DNA of 54,215 bases, filler included, from Sphacelaria rigidula (GCA_964200075.2; 3 parts of 3 records of this genome joined end to end with filler, not necessarily neighbours in it), one strand, 5' to 3'. Numbered from the whole stretch's first letter, positions 1 to 13,629 are shown. Notes: a model not told the origin generated them from the letters alone. Program-made: numbers and translations.

Positions 1-70
1 GCGTACTCATTTGTTGCTTGCCTTAGTCGTTCGACCATTGACCATGCATCCCTTTCGAGACGGAGCACCG
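1..70 (-). mobile_element. 3' fragment of a LINE family (same family as 34190-35450)
   Basis: Reverse complement matches cgtctcgaaagggatgcgtggtcaatgg...aaggcaagcaac...gagtacgc, also seen at about 35380-35445, 43515-43585 and 53305-53365. Confidence 0.75.
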
Positions 71-2009
71 CTTTTTGGGGGGGGGGGGGTATCGTAGAAA
101 GTGTCAGATATACATGAAGGTGTTGCCTTCACAAACCAGGCACATCGGGTGGGGGGGTTATCGTGGAAAGTGTCGTGATGGAGGTGCAGTTGATGAGGAA
201 TGGTGGTGGTAGTGGTCAGACGTGGGCGGGTTTTGTTGCGGTTGATCGTAAAACACTCTTGATCGAATATACTCACACTCAAGTATTACGTGCATGGTTG
301 GTCGGTTTTACCCGCACTTAGTATACCGTAGGATTATATCCTGGAGTCGGATTATACCTCGAGTCATGTATCGGGTACATATGACGGAGTGCAGGTACTG
401 TTGTAAGTAAACAGTGATTGCATACATGATGTGGAGAATCGGAATACTCGACGAATCAGGTGATGTGTCACGAAGGAAGAATGTGGCGTACCACGAGGCT
501 AGAACGTGAGTGTGTTACGAAGCTGAAATGTGGAATACTACGAAGCAGGAATGTGGTCAATTGCGAGGCTAGAAGAATGTCGTGTGTGTCGTTCCTATCA
601 TTGGTAGATGGGACGGAAAACCATTTTTCCCGGTGAGTAGTCGGCTTACCCGACCGTGGTCAGTCCGGGGTCAGTTCATCTACCGTTCACCTACAGTTCG
701 CGTTAGCTCGCGGTGGTCAGTATTCGTCTCGAGCTAACCTAGTCTTCATCTTCAGTAAATATAATATGATACATGGTTTATCTCAACTGACCTCGACCAG
801 CCTACCGCTTATCCCGACGATGCACCCAGAGCACGTGAAATCCGATTAACTGGGAGTGACGTGGAGCAAGGGAGGTGTTCAGTATCAGGAGTAGGTTGTC
901 GCTGCAACTGATGATGTTGGGCGGTACAGGACTGTACAGTGTGTGCAAAACCAGCCCCGTCGAAGCCATTGTCCTCGTAAACGATTTCATCAACGCCCTT
1001 CTCGTTGTACTGACTGGGGATGTCGGCTGTACTACATTGATGTTGGGCGGGTTATGGTTGACTTGCTGTCGTAGATGGGATGAATCCTGATCACCTGAAA
1101 GCTGTTGGTGTCTGGGCGTGGAGTGAGATATTGGACATGTTGCTCACGAGGATAGTAATTGGGGCAGTTCGAGGTACAACGAATCTGGTATGTATGTTGA
1201 TAGGGATGGTCCATCCTACCACGCCCCGCCTCCCCCCTGGTCCGAGATCCGTGAGGACGCCACTGTTGTTATCTCGGGGGGTATCCCCCCCTCGATAACC
1301 ATGACCATCATGGTGATGCTGCAGACCATGGTTTGGTGGAAGTTGAGCTGCATTCGGGAAATAGGGCGGTAGTGGAAAGAAGTGTACTTGTGATATTGGG
1401 GTTGGTGGTTGTGTTGTGGGTTCATCTGGGGTCTTCGTCCCCCTAAAGCTGTCGTCTGCCTGGTGAACCACGTCCCCCTCTACCGCCGGTTGCAGTAGCA
1501 AAGAGGGCGTGGTTTGAGGTTTTCCTTGATTTTTCCTCAGATAACTGCAACTCTGCCTATGCATTCTCAATACGATAATTCAGATTTTCATTACCAATCT
1601 CACGATCTGCCAACGATGACCTGCGCTCGTGCTCGTATCCCAGACGAAAGACATCTTACAATATGTTTGTTTGCCTCCGAGTCCGAGAGGAAAACGTCGA
1701 ATTCTTCCCGGTTCTTGCGAATAAACTAAGCCCGAGCAAGGACATTCATAGGTAGTTGTCCATCCGCCATCTGCAACACCTGCCAGTCGTTGTCAAGTCT
1801 AGCTTTCTCCGTGGCTGGTGGAGTCCCATAGTACTTTACCACATAGTTTCAGGATTCGCTGGAGCTTCCAAGTATATCGGTCTGCCGAACCAAGGGGGGA
1901 TAAGTAATCTTATCGAGGATAATTTCCGTAGCCCGTTTGGCTTTGTCGACAACTAGGTTACCGAAGTGCGCTCTCAAGTCACACACGTGGACAGAGAGCA
2001 CACTGTGGG

Positions 2010-2190
2010 GCACGTCTACAGGGTTCAGGGAAACTGTGTAGTGTTAATCGCGGGGATTTAGCTCTGGGGTGTTTTTTCGCGCCACACAGTACGCTTCACA
2101 GGGTTCGAGGTAAAGTGTCCAGTGTTTGTCGCGGGGATCTGGCTGTAGGGTTGTTTTTCGCGCCGCACAGTACGCTTCATAGGGTTCCGT
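2010..2190. repeat. About 80-bp tandem repeat (2-3 copies) inside the gag remnant
   Basis: cagggttc...gtgtt..tcgcggggat.t.gct...gggt..tttttcgcgcc.cacagtacgcttca is repeated. Confidence 0.75.
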
Positions 2191-2199
2191 TACCCTAAG

Positions 2200-3197
2200 C
2201 ACTGTTCATTGTTGTTAATATGCTGTACAACCTTTATAGCGCACAATCAATATACTCCATACAGCATGGGCATGGTACTGGCAAAAAAACGGCCGATATA
2301 TTGCGACCAGGTATACATTGAGCTATCCGATTTGTTATTGACATCGAAAGGTTTTCGTGCTTCTAATAACTATCGAGCAAACACCTCTATAAACAAAACC
2401 ATGATTGGTTGAGTGATTTTTTCTAATCATTTACTTTTTATTGGTAGACACTGGACCGCAGGGTTTTCATAAGCAATGTGGATTCATATGCGAGGAATAT
2501 ACCGTCAATCTAGCATCTTCACCGCGCCTGCAGCGGAAGCGTCGCTTCGAAGCACAGGCGCGTGGACATACACTCGTAAGCAGTGTGTGGGATCTCTATT
2601 CAGCAAAAGCTGTTGAGGATTCATCGTTTAGCCCAATCGGCACATGAACTGGGGGGCAAGAGGATGAACAAATTTCAACATTTTTTTCTGCGTGTCGGAT
2701 CCCATACGCTGATAACGGTGCAGTATGCGGGATATGCCAAACTGACGCTGTTCACAACAAATCTCTTTTTGCCCAATTTCCGGGTGAATTGAAACGCAAA
2801 GGGAATATTTCTTTCGAGCTTATTCTGTTGTTCAAATTCCAAATCTGCCAGTGTGCATGGAATCTGTGCAGCAGATTCTGCTATTCGAAATAGATCCTTT
2901 TTTTGCCCGAATAAATTGGGCCAGAAAAGGATCTGTTTTGAGTAGCTTTTCCTGCTGTTCGAGATAATTCCTTTTTGCCCGATTCAAATCGGGCAAAGAT
3001 GAATTTTTCAAAATTGGGAGGGCCTCTCCACAGGGCTGCTGGCAGGGTTTCGACAAAACCGCTATGCAAAATACTGGTAGAGGTACTAGGGTTTGCAAAT
3101 GCAATGCAGGGTTTTTCACAAAAGACTGTGAAGAACCCTGTGCAGCACGTTCTACAGGGTGCTATCTGTCCATGTGTGCATCACCAATTTCACAGTG
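2200..3197. mobile_element. Non-autonomous DNA transposon with CACTG...CAGTG ends and an imperfect 9-bp TSD (Mutator-like TSD length)
   Basis: Flanks are taccctaag (2191-2199) and tacccttat (3198-3206); it interrupts the gag remnant and has no coding capacity. Confidence 0.55.
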
Positions 3198-3410
3198 TAC
3201 CCTTATGAGATTGAGAGTCTCCAAAGCGTCGTAGCAGTCCTCGTCATTGAAATACGCGCATATCTGGATGTAGAACACATCTAATCGGCCTTTTTAAATA
3301 ATGTATGTGATGTTGCATCCTTTTCATTCTGAGGGACTATGCTCTTGTTGCTGCGTCCACGGTGGGATTGGGAAGGGGGTTCGCACGGCGTGTTTCTGGG
3401 GGGAAGGTTG

Positions 3411-3441
<31 letters not shown>

Positions 3442-6199
3442 ACACCACTTGTGTGCTACTGATCGCTGGTTTCATTTCCCCTAGTTCTTCTGAAACCTGT
3501 CGCAGCTGTTTTTTCAGGCTCTCAACTGGCTGCATTATCTGGTTGGGATTCTGCTCCATGATTAACCTCACTCTATTTACTCTAGCCCTATCCTGATCAC
3601 CTGAAACCTTGATCTCTCTACTGTCTGACGCAAATAAATATCAAGACTTGCTCTCTCCTTGTAATCTCTGTAACCTCAAACCTCCCTCACTCCTCTTGCT
3701 CAAACTCTCCTCTTGCTCAAACGTTCCTCTGACTCAAACCCTCTTCTGACTCAAACTGGCACCAATCTCAAAGCCAACTGCTAAAGCGGGACGAATCTCG
3801 CTAGCGTGATCGCCCGCACTATAGTTAGGGTAATGGTCTACACTTCTCAAGCGTGCGTGAATGGTGGGTCTATAGCTCTGGTTCGGAACAAAGAACAACT
3901 TTGAACGATCTCGTACGAACTTTTTCCGAATACTGTCTCACACTCACTCAATCTCTCGCTACCAATCTTTCTGTTTCTCAATCACCCACATCCAATCTCT
4001 CTCTTACTCAATCACTCACACTCACTCCACCACCCACTCTCATGCAATCCCCAGACAAAGACATAGAGGCACCCAACCGGAGTGAAGAGGGTGGATGTGC
4101 CCGGCTACTTGTGAGCAATCATAGTGTACTCGCATAACCTACGCCATTGAACACTATTCTTCTGATTGGCTACCATATTCCTCCGTATTTCCAACATGGT
4201 TAATGCTACATTTACTGTGTCATATCTTGCATCACTCTCATTCACCACTGAGGGTGAGCATAATCGATCACCAATCCCGTCATATCGATCCGATGACTTC
4301 CGTCAGCGTTGCTCATCCCAACCAAGCTGCATATGTTTTTGCAGCTTGGGGTTTTTGAGGTCGCACAGTGCAGCGTGAGAGGGGTTTTGACGGGCAGATG
4401 TCGCACAGTGGCTGTGAAGCTCACTTGCAACCTGCAGCGAAGAAGAAGGAAGTCGGATGGTTTCCGGTGGCGTTTTTCGGCCAAAACAGAATCGAACACA
4501 GTCTCGCTTTCTGGCCGAGAGCTGAAGGAAAGCTGGGTAAGTTGGGAGAGTGAGAGCTGTGGGCGATCGAGATCGAACCAAAGCACTGTCACTTCTTGGA
4601 ACAAAAATCAATTCTACATTAGGTCTACTGTAGCTTACGTGACCCAGTCAGTCACTCTGCCATAAAGGTTTATTGCAAAAAATCATGGCAATACGTCTGC
4701 TCCACAGCAACATCCTGCTTGCGTCACTCAGACAAGCGTACTAAACAAAGAAAAAAGTACCCAGTGATGGAAAAGATAAGTGGTTCATGATCTCCTCAAA
4801 CTGTCATAAGTTATACCGCTTATTTTTCTGCAAAGATTTTATTCAAACACGATGAATATAGACTACATCATCTAGATTCGTCTTTCGAGACTCTTCATCG
4901 CAACTATGAGGGAAGTTCATCTGGGTGGCCTCATTTCAAGAGGCTAGGAGGGGTTGATGGCCAACCCCGGCACTGTATGATTGCAGGTCTGATCGGGCTT
5001 GATCAGACATAGTGTGAATTCGATGAAGAAAAAGGGGTACACTCAGCTGTCATGGTATTCGAAGGGACTGGCCTCGATAAGGCACGGCAACGTTCTGGAC
5101 ATACAGATGTCGGAGTAAAGCGACGTTTGGATATGAATCTTGACTAGCCGTCGAGAGACGTCAGCTTGTGGAAGATCCAATTCGATGTTCTAAATAGTCG
5201 ATGGGAGATACAGTATGGTTAATGTCTGCTGCACATCGAATGGTCATGTGCACAACGGATAGTGCTCCCGGAACGTTCGTTGGATGGAGGGTTTCTGCTC
5301 TTTGGTCATTGTATCATGATTGGATCATGATTAGATACAGATATAATTTCCGCGTAAGGTAGTCACTCGGCCGCCTCGAGCTCCCACCATGAGCACTTTA
5401 TTTTGAGCCCAGGACATCATCAGCTTTGCCGCCCTTGCTCTGAGTTCCAAGTGAGCCCTTAATAGTGAGCTTCATAGTCGTGGGAAAACTACTGGCTCTG
5501 GTTTGTATTATAGACTACGAGGAGATAATCTAATTTCTGAGAACACCTAGATTCAATTGCTTCTACTGTAATTTGGGTCTGTGTTGATTTGCTGCGTTCA
5601 GCCGTGCACTGCACTGGCAACATACGACTTGAGCCTCTATTGGTGAGAACATAGCAGGACAAATGTGTACTGAGGCTGCCTCCTGCAAGGCGAGTAGGCC
5701 AAATTTCATAATATATGGGGCTTCAGCTGGGTCATGGGCGTCAGCTTACTCTGGGTTCGGTTGCATTGTACAACAGTAGTAAAGACTACTGTAGGTTGCC
5801 CCCGCTTCGCGTATCAATGATACGTATCTGCCCCCTCGTCGGTACACTGTTTGTAGTTGCCGAGCGATTTGCTGTAGCTGCCCTTCGGTCCTGTTCCCGC
5901 CTTCCATCCGCGTACATGCCATGGTGACGCACTTTGTTGGTCTCCTGACCTCGCGTCGATCTGGCCGGAAGTGCGTTCTACTTCCGCCCTGTGCATGTAG
6001 CCACCCGTTACTCTATCTCACTACAGTGTGTTCACTCTTCTTTCGAACAGGGTATCGCACATGCCACTGTGCCACGTGCAAACTGTGTGCCCGCTGATCA
6101 CTATTGCGTTGGTGGTGATTAACAGTTGGTTTCGACGGCTCATGCTATAGTAGCATATGGTTGATTTGCCTTGTGCCGAATTGAAACGCCCCCCCTGTA

Positions 6200-6217
6200 C
6201 CTCGGCGAGCACCCCAG
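6200..6217 (-). promoter_or_regulatory. Putative primer-binding site (tRNA-Pro-like) next to an LTR end
   Basis: Minus strand reads ...TAACA TC TGGGGTGCTCGCCGAGG, similar to the PBS-Pro consensus TGGGGGCTCG directly after a CA terminus. Confidence 0.45.
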
Positions 6218-6218
6218 A

Positions 6219-7287
6219 TGTTATTAGATGCGCACCTCCCCCCCTTCCCCCCTCGGGCGCCCTTTTGTGTGTTGCGGTACCCCATCGCGCAGCATGGTTC
6301 TGAGGGTGTGGGAAGCTGAACCGTCAGCCGTGGAAACAATAGCTTCCCCCTGTGACAGCACACGCGTGTAATACCGGACGTTGCGTTGTTGACGTTGGCC
6401 CAATTGATTCAAGTCTACCGTACTTGATTTCCGCCATTCTGGAACAACGCCGCCTGACTGATTTCCTTGTCATGGTGTGTGTTTTGTTTTCCGTCAACGG
6501 TACTACAAGTCGAGCCTGATGATTGACGAATTGTGGTTTTAGCGACAAAATTTGCCTTCGGATGTAAGCCCCCAAGTTTTGCGTGACCACCCCCTCGATG
6601 TTTGCCCACATCACTCAAGTTAGGCCTGATTGACCTTTTCCTGTATTTACAGATGACTCCCCCCGTCGGGAGTACTGTGATTTAAGCGACAAAAATTGCC
6701 CTCGGATGGAAGCCCCCAAGTTTTGTGTGACCACCCCCACGATGTGTGACATCACTTCAGTCCGGCCCGATTGAGCTTTTTCCTTGTAGGATCAGATGGT
6801 CCCCGCCCCTTGTCAAGGGGAAAGAAATGGCCCCGTAACCGCGCAGGGTTTTCTAGCGCACTATGTATCCCCTTATCAGTGCAAAGTATAATCTTTTGCC
6901 GTTCTATGGATATAATACTCGAGCTCGAACATTTTGCCTAGTAGAAGAGACGCCTTCGGACACAGCCCATGTGCCCGTTCCATATGCCGCTGCCCTGGCT
7001 ACTTCCCCCCCCCCCCGATCTGGTCAGATATCAGATCGTAGCCCCCCAACACCGGTTGTATCGTAGGCCTGTACTTGAGTTGCTACGACACCGTCCGTAT
7101 CCCTCGGCGATGCGGCGAGCGATGAGCTCACCTTGGCGGATTTCAGCACCCCTCAATCCGATCTGGTCAGATTTCAGATCGTAGCCCCCCTCACCTTGGC
7201 GGAGTTGGATCCCCCAATCCGATCTGATCAGATATCAAATCGTAGCCCCCCCCCCCCTTCCCCTTTGCTGCATTGTAGCCCCTCACA
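6219..7287 (-). mobile_element. Putative 5' LTR of a gypsy-like retrotransposon
   Basis: TG...CA termini and an adjacent PBS-like motif; internal about 145-bp duplication (about 6541-6665 / 6686-6810) and three GATCTGGTCAGATATCAGATCGTAGCCCCC-like repeats (about 7017, 7160, 7222). Confidence 0.45.
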
Positions 7288-10200
7288 GGTTTTGGTACCG
7301 TGTTTCTTTGTGCTGGGTTCGCATTCTTGGTGACTGGGTTTCTAGTACCTGTAGTCACATTTCTTGTCGCTGTCGCATCGCTGTCCGTGTCCCCTGAGCA
7401 TCTAGTGTTTTTGTTTTGTCTTCGAGGTTTCTTTACGCGATGAGAGGACTGTAGATTTAGTCCAGCCTCCCGCATGTTTGGAATTTTGATGACTCGTACT
7501 CTGGATGTGTTTGTTGTTGTCCCTGCTCAACCCCCTGCCGCTAGCCAAGAGAGCTCGCCGCACGGGAGTACTCCCTTACATCGTCTTGTTGAACGGGTCC
7601 TTGGTTACACCGTGTACTGCTAATTATATCGCCCTGGTTGTAGGCCGTATTTATGCCCGACGACTGTTCTAGGTTGAGATGATTTACTGCATTTCGGCAA
7701 TTCATCTGGATGTGTTCGTTTGTTTGTTCTACCCCTATCCCGCGGCGCAGCCTGGTCAGCTGGCGACACGGGTGTATTCTCTTGTGTCGTTCCGACTCGT
7801 GGTTCAGTGTTCTCCCTGGAATGACCAATCATACCGCCCTTGTTGTAGGCAGTATCTCTGCCGGACGATTGCTTTTAGTTGGGTATTGCGTCCTGACATT
7901 TTGCTCATAACACGAAATATTTTATCCGCCGCGCTCAACGAAAAATTCTCACTAGCGGCCCTTGGCTCTTTACCCTGAGTGTCGTCTTGGATGGGCTCGT
8001 GTCCACTCCCGCAGGATTTTGAATTTCGCACTTCGGGCACACCAAACCTGAACTTCGGCTGCATCCCCGCTTCTATCTCCCTGTTGCTGCGTAGTCCCCC
8101 CCCATCGCATTGTACTTCACGTTGCACGCCTTTTTCAAGGTAGGTTTGACACTTTACTCTGTAGATGGACTTGCGTGTGTGTTGTCTTGTTCACCACAAG
8201 TAGTGAGTGTCACGTAGATACAACGTTCCTTCTTGTGGGTTGACGTTTGATGTGTCGGATCGCAGCAATGCTCGCCTATGAGAGGTATGGGAGAGTATCT
8301 ATTTATTTTTTCTTCTCTTCATGTTTTTGTACGGGTGTAGTGTAGAAGAGCCCTTTCTCGTTGATTTTTGAAGTTCCTCAGTGCAATTACATTGTGCTGA
8401 GGGGATGATGATTCAACTGCATAAGGACTCGTCTAGGATGGGCTAGTGTGATGAAGCTTGGTGGCATAGCAAGATATCACGATGTGCGGGTCTTTTCATA
8501 GACCCTGAGTTCCGCGACGCGTTGATATCGCGTTTGTTATTGTCATCACTTAAGATTGTTCCGGCGTCGCCGCATGTCACCGACCCACCCTCGACCAGTA
8601 ACTGACCTTGCCTTGGTCTACCCTGGGCCATCACTACGCCCTTCTCCTATGGTTGCGCCGAAGCTGTGCTGAGTAAGAGAGCTGCTTGATAATATAACAT
8701 GAGGCTAAGCAAACACGTGAGTTTCTATTCTACACATGAGTGAACCTACTGTGTGATTGTTCATTATGGGTAGCTATAGGTCGTACGTTGTGCCCACGTG
8801 AGAGCTTGTTGAGCTGGAACCAATGGTATCTCTTGGTATTCGTACTGAGAGATCTCAGCCAATGCATTAGCCATCCCATCATTATGACACAGCGAGCACC
8901 CAGCTCTCGAAGCACCTGCGACGTGGAGCCTGCTGCAAAAGTTAGCTATGGTTCGGTGAGTGACGTGAAAGAGCATAGAATAGAGCGATAACGAACGCGA
9001 GCGAACAAGAGTCTCAAGATCAAGTCAATATCAACCTAATATCGCTTTCGAAAGCTGGCACGCGCGCCCTTGATACGAAGGAGCGTGTACCGGTGTGTGG
9101 ACTGGTTTCGGCGACGAGGATAGAGGAGGAACAGTCGTCGACGGGCGGGTTAGGTCCAGTTGAGCCTCCCGGACATGACACAAACTACAGACCAACACCA
9201 CGAAAGGAAGCAGAGGGGGCACTTTTCGGGATCATGGACACCGAAGAGGATGGGCGGTTGGGTTGGCCATGGACTCTGGAGAGGACAGCTGGGAGCGTGA
9301 GGAGGTCAACTTCGAGGAGGACCTTGCAACGGAGAAGAGCAGAGCTTGCAGCTAAATTCGTTGAGGGCGGAATATTATTTTTATGTTGGGATTTGATAGT
9401 TTTTTGTTGTGGATGCTACATACAGACGGTATCCCATGTTTTCATGGTTAAATATATGACACTTGGCACATCTTTTGCTTTTTGTTGATAGCGCTATGCC
9501 GTGTGTAGGCTAGACACGCCCTGTCTATTGTGTTTCCATAACGATGTTACTTGACCAGAACCCGAGGAAGATCGTAGTTCCTGGCTTTCCCTCGTCGTTG
9601 TCATCGACTCTTCCTTTTTTTTTTTATCTTCCTATCTGACGTTGTTCAGTCTCCGGTGCGCAGGCTCTGTAGAGGATCTCTTTGAACAGCACTCTAGACA
9701 GAGCAGATCTATTTTGGGACTGGTCTCTGTTCTAGCGACCGTTTCGGTTATCGGTTTACTCGCTGTTACTACTCTGTGTATACACCAGTATGTGGCAAGG
9801 TAGTCGGAGAGATATGCACGCGGGGACTTTTTAGATTCCAGTAGGCCTCCTGTAGTTCAATCGGTCTTATACGTACGGATCTATCGTAGTGTAGGTGCCC
9901 TTTTTTCGTGTAGATGTTTTGTTTATCGCCTTCTTCTGTGGACTCTATGGTCTATAGGTATGAGATGTATGCTCCTTGCACTCTGTGACCACGGGTTCGA
10001 GAGATCGAGCTCATGTGACGAGCATGATAATGAAATTGTGTGAACCTATCTTGAGGTGTGGCTTGTTCCGGACACGACCCATAAATCTGCACGGATTGCT
10101 GATCAATCCAGTCTGCATAGCTTGCTGCGTGCTTAATTGTTGAACGCCTGACGACCTCTTGACAATTTTTTCCAAGTGTAATGTAGGAAGAGGTAGCTGA

Positions 10201-12297
10201 ACGCATTGCCTAGGGTCTCTCAATACAACTGCCAGGAGATACAATGGTTCCAGCTAAAGCAAACTCCCACCAAGGCACGGTAATCCAATGAAGTGAATCA
10301 CTCAGCACCTACGTGGATGCAAGCAGGTGTGAAAGAACCGAAAGACAGCTACAGCAAAACACTCAGCAGCTACAAGCAGTGTACCAACACAGAGATAGAT
10401 ACGTAGCATGAAGACGTGAAACGGGGGCAACGCACAGCAGTGTCTACTGCTGTACAATGCAACTAAGCCCACTTTAAAAGTGCGCGACACATACGGCCAT
10501 CAGAATAACAGAGGCACCTCACTAAAAACAAGTAAGAAGCGTAGAAAAATAAAAGGCCGACTTACTGGCTACCTACCAAATGCAAGGCGCTACCATGCAG
10601 GAAACACGACTGAGACTCTACCAACCAGGCAGAACAAAGTCTATTCATCGCCGCCAACTGTGATATAGAAAGAGGTAGCTAAATTCATTGCCTGGGGTCT
10701 CTCAGTACAACTGCCAGGAGATACATCGGTTCCAGCTAAACCAAACTCCCACGAAGGCACACTGTACAGACCTTAGCTTCTCTCTTATGCAATCACGGGG
10801 TAAGTTTTTATGTACAACTACTGGAAGAACGAGAGACTCACATGTTGATAGCTTGCATTATTCCTATTAGTAGCTCTCTAGCTCAATATAGCCGGGGCGC
10901 AGCAATAAGAGCAGAGCGTGGCGATGGTACCAGAGGAGCAGGATCAACCAGGCAAGCGAGCAAGGCAAGCCAACACGTGGCACGGTGTAGATAGCTTCTA
11001 GCCACGTCGGATGATGCAATAATAATGACAATGACAAACAAGATACAGCGCGTCATAGAACCTAGGGTCTACGAGCAGACCCGCACATCTTCAGAATATA
11101 TCCCAACGCTTCTGAGACTTGTGACAGACAGGATGCATGTCGGGCAGCCAAGGTTGTGTGGAACGATCGGACCGTTTCAGCTGAGCATTGAAAGACGACG
11201 CAAAGGAAAAAAGTGTTTCTGTCATTACTCAAAAGGACAAGAACGTAAAGAATTTTCCCAGCAACAACAAAGACGGTGGAAACGACAACTAATGGAAGCT
11301 ACAACGCATGTGAAAAGATGGAGGAGTTTCGCTAACCACAGTACACAAAGGCGTATTGCCTCACTATGCAAAACCGCCACGACAAATTTACAGCACAAAA
11401 CGTGAAGCCCACTCGGCGGCGATGTCGGTCATGATTCGAACGGTACAGCACGCCACAGTTACGTACAGCACAGCGCAGTACGCGTGTCTGGGTGGGCTAG
11501 TGGTATAGCCGTGTGGTGAAGCGGTGGTGTGCGCCTTCTGGTCGGGGTCATGACGAGTGCGTGGCGGGGGGTGCCGTTTGGCGACGGAAGGGCTGGCTTG
11601 AACTTCGAAATGTGGATCTTAAGGTGGAACAATCACTAATAGCTCCATTCTCTGAGGGTGCGAAGTTCATCGTTCCCACCTCAGCTCGCCCGGCAGCACG
11701 ATGTTCAGCTCCTCTCCCGCAAGGTGCGGATTCTGTCAAGGACCTCTGCATAGCTATCTGGCAAGGGGGCGACGTCTCACTGCAGTACCAGAGCTTTCAC
11801 AGGGGGGCATAATAGCAGTCTAATAAGCACATGGATGTAGTTGCTGCAGCATTGTCGTCCCTGAATCACCCTAGAGCAAGGCCTGTCCGGTTTTGTAATC
11901 GAACGTTCCGGTCGTCGTGCATCTTCCACTTAGCCTGTGGAGTATTTTACCATCTCACAGATTGGTATGTTACGTGATGATGTAGAAGTCTAGCTTCACA
12001 CGAGAAACAGTCAGCAGTACAGTACCTGTGTGCACAGAGTGGCGCCCGCAGCTCTGAGAACACAGCACCATTGTACGCTACATCTCCCCCAGACGGGTGG
12101 ACTTTGAGTACCAACATCTTGCGATCTGCGAGTGGCGTACCTGTTTCGCCGTGATGATTTCTACACCGCCTGGCAATGCCTTTTACGCTAACCGTCCGTG
12201 GTATTTCTTGGCTCAGGCAGAGGACATATGGTTCATTTTGTTTATTAGAGAGCACCCAAGTAGTGCTATAACTCGAGAGAGTAAAGAAGAGAGGGGG

Positions 12298-12480
12298 GAA
12301 GCCGATGAGTGGTTGGGGTAGGGTCGACTGCACGGCAACCTACTTGACTGTGCCACTTTTGCGCACACTTGACTCTCAGTACTCGTACGTCACACCGCCC
12401 CCCTAGCCTACGTATATCCGGTATGACTGGGCGTATCTGATTCACTCGAACACCCTCCTGATCTGATATCTTAGTGCTTA
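12298..12480. repeat. LTR-like direct repeat (partner at 16677-16860)
   Basis: gagtggttggggt...gtactcgtacgtcac...tacgtatatccggtatgactgg is shared, and the pair flanks the copia pol remnants. Confidence 0.65.
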
Positions 12481-12761
12481 GAGCTCTCTCTAGAAAAAAG
12501 AAACATGAGGAGGAATCTCGGCCTTCCGAGCAAAACCCCCTTCACACAAACTCCAACGCTTGTGCTCAGAATCCGACAGCTCTTTTTTGTAGACGCCCAG
12601 GCCAGGGCACATGCATGTTACATCGGGGAACGCCTTACAAACCCATGCCCCGCAGAGTAGTGTGAGCGGCTTCACCCGACACACGCACAAACGCATTCCG
12701 GAAATCATGACCTGAAACGTCTAGGGTTAACAAATCGAAAGACAAACAAACGTCCGTGTGC

Positions 12762-13620
12762 CTACTTGTTGTCCCCCATATTCGTCAAGGCGCGTCGATG
12801 TCTCTTGAGCAACGTGAGTGGGAGCGACTTCGTCAGAATATCAGCGTGCTGCCACTCTGAACCTACATGCACAATCCTTATGGCTTTTGCCCTTACCAAG
12901 TCCTGAATAAAATGGCATCTCACATCTATGTGCGTGCTGCGACCTGAAATACGAGGTCTTACAAATTGAGGATGGATCATTCATTGGGGATGAGAAACCC
13001 GGAGAATTGAAGTCTTCGTATCCACACCAAATCTTCGAAATATGGTTCCATTTCTTCACTTACTGATAGCTATTGACAACTGCTACACGCCAGAGAAATT
13101 TGACTTTCGATCACCGAAATGTTGGGGTCCTAGGTGAAAACGAATTTCGGAACCATTTTGGCGTCCGTTCGGACACCCCAAGTTCCCCAAGATTGATTTT
13201 TCACCTAGGACCCCAAAATTTCGGTGATCGAAATTCAAATTTCTATGGCGTGTAGCAGTTGTCAATAGGTATCAGTAGGTGAAGAAATGGAATCATATTT
13301 CGAAGATTTGGTGTGGATACGAAGATTTTATTTTTCCGGGTTTATCATCCCCCAAAAATGATCCATCCCCAATTTGTAAGATCCCGTGTTCTGAGCTGAG
13401 ATGATTTTCGGCTAGGGCCTTAGCCCCCTCGTTGTCCTCATAAAGAACAATTTCATACTCTGCATCTCGTCCCAGCACAACACTTGGTCGTAAGAAAGAC
13501 GGGACCGACCTGACAAAACATATATTTCTTCGCCTCTTCAGTCATTCACACATACTCGGTCTCGGTGGTGGTGAGGGTAACGCAGTGTGGCGTGAGACTG
13601 GTACTTCAACCCTGCTGCAC
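12762..13620 (-). pseudogene. Ty1/copia RNase H remnant, interrupted by a MITE
   Basis: CVTLTTTETEYV...IVLYEDNEGAKALAENHLSS/GRSTHIDVRCHFIQDLV...QHADILTKSL are canonical copia RNase H motifs. Confidence 0.92.
12948..13390. mobile_element. Foldback MITE with long TIRs and a 4-bp TSD (CTGA)
   Basis: Near-palindromic 443 bp; CTGA at 12944-12947 and 13391-13394; removing the element restores the SSGRS frame of RNase H. Confidence 0.9.
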
Positions 13621-13629
13621 TACGATATG

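Larger units (their letters stand above)
1400..3600 (-). pseudogene. Degenerate Ty1/copia gag, split by an insertion at 2200-3197
   Basis: Manual minus-strand translation gives EKARLDNDWQVLQMADGQLPMNVLARA*FIRKNREEFDVFLSDSEANKHIVRCLSSG..YEHERRS...NHALFATATGGRGGRG. This resembles a UBN2/Retrotran_gag_2-type gag and has stops and frameshifts; boundaries are approximate. Confidence 0.6.
5745..11100. repeat. Diverged copies of one retroelement internal region in opposite orientations
   Basis: 5745-5920 is the reverse complement of about 10310-10470; about 8480-8880 is the reverse complement of about 10670-11090; 10190-10280 duplicates 10670-10760. Confidence 0.65.
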
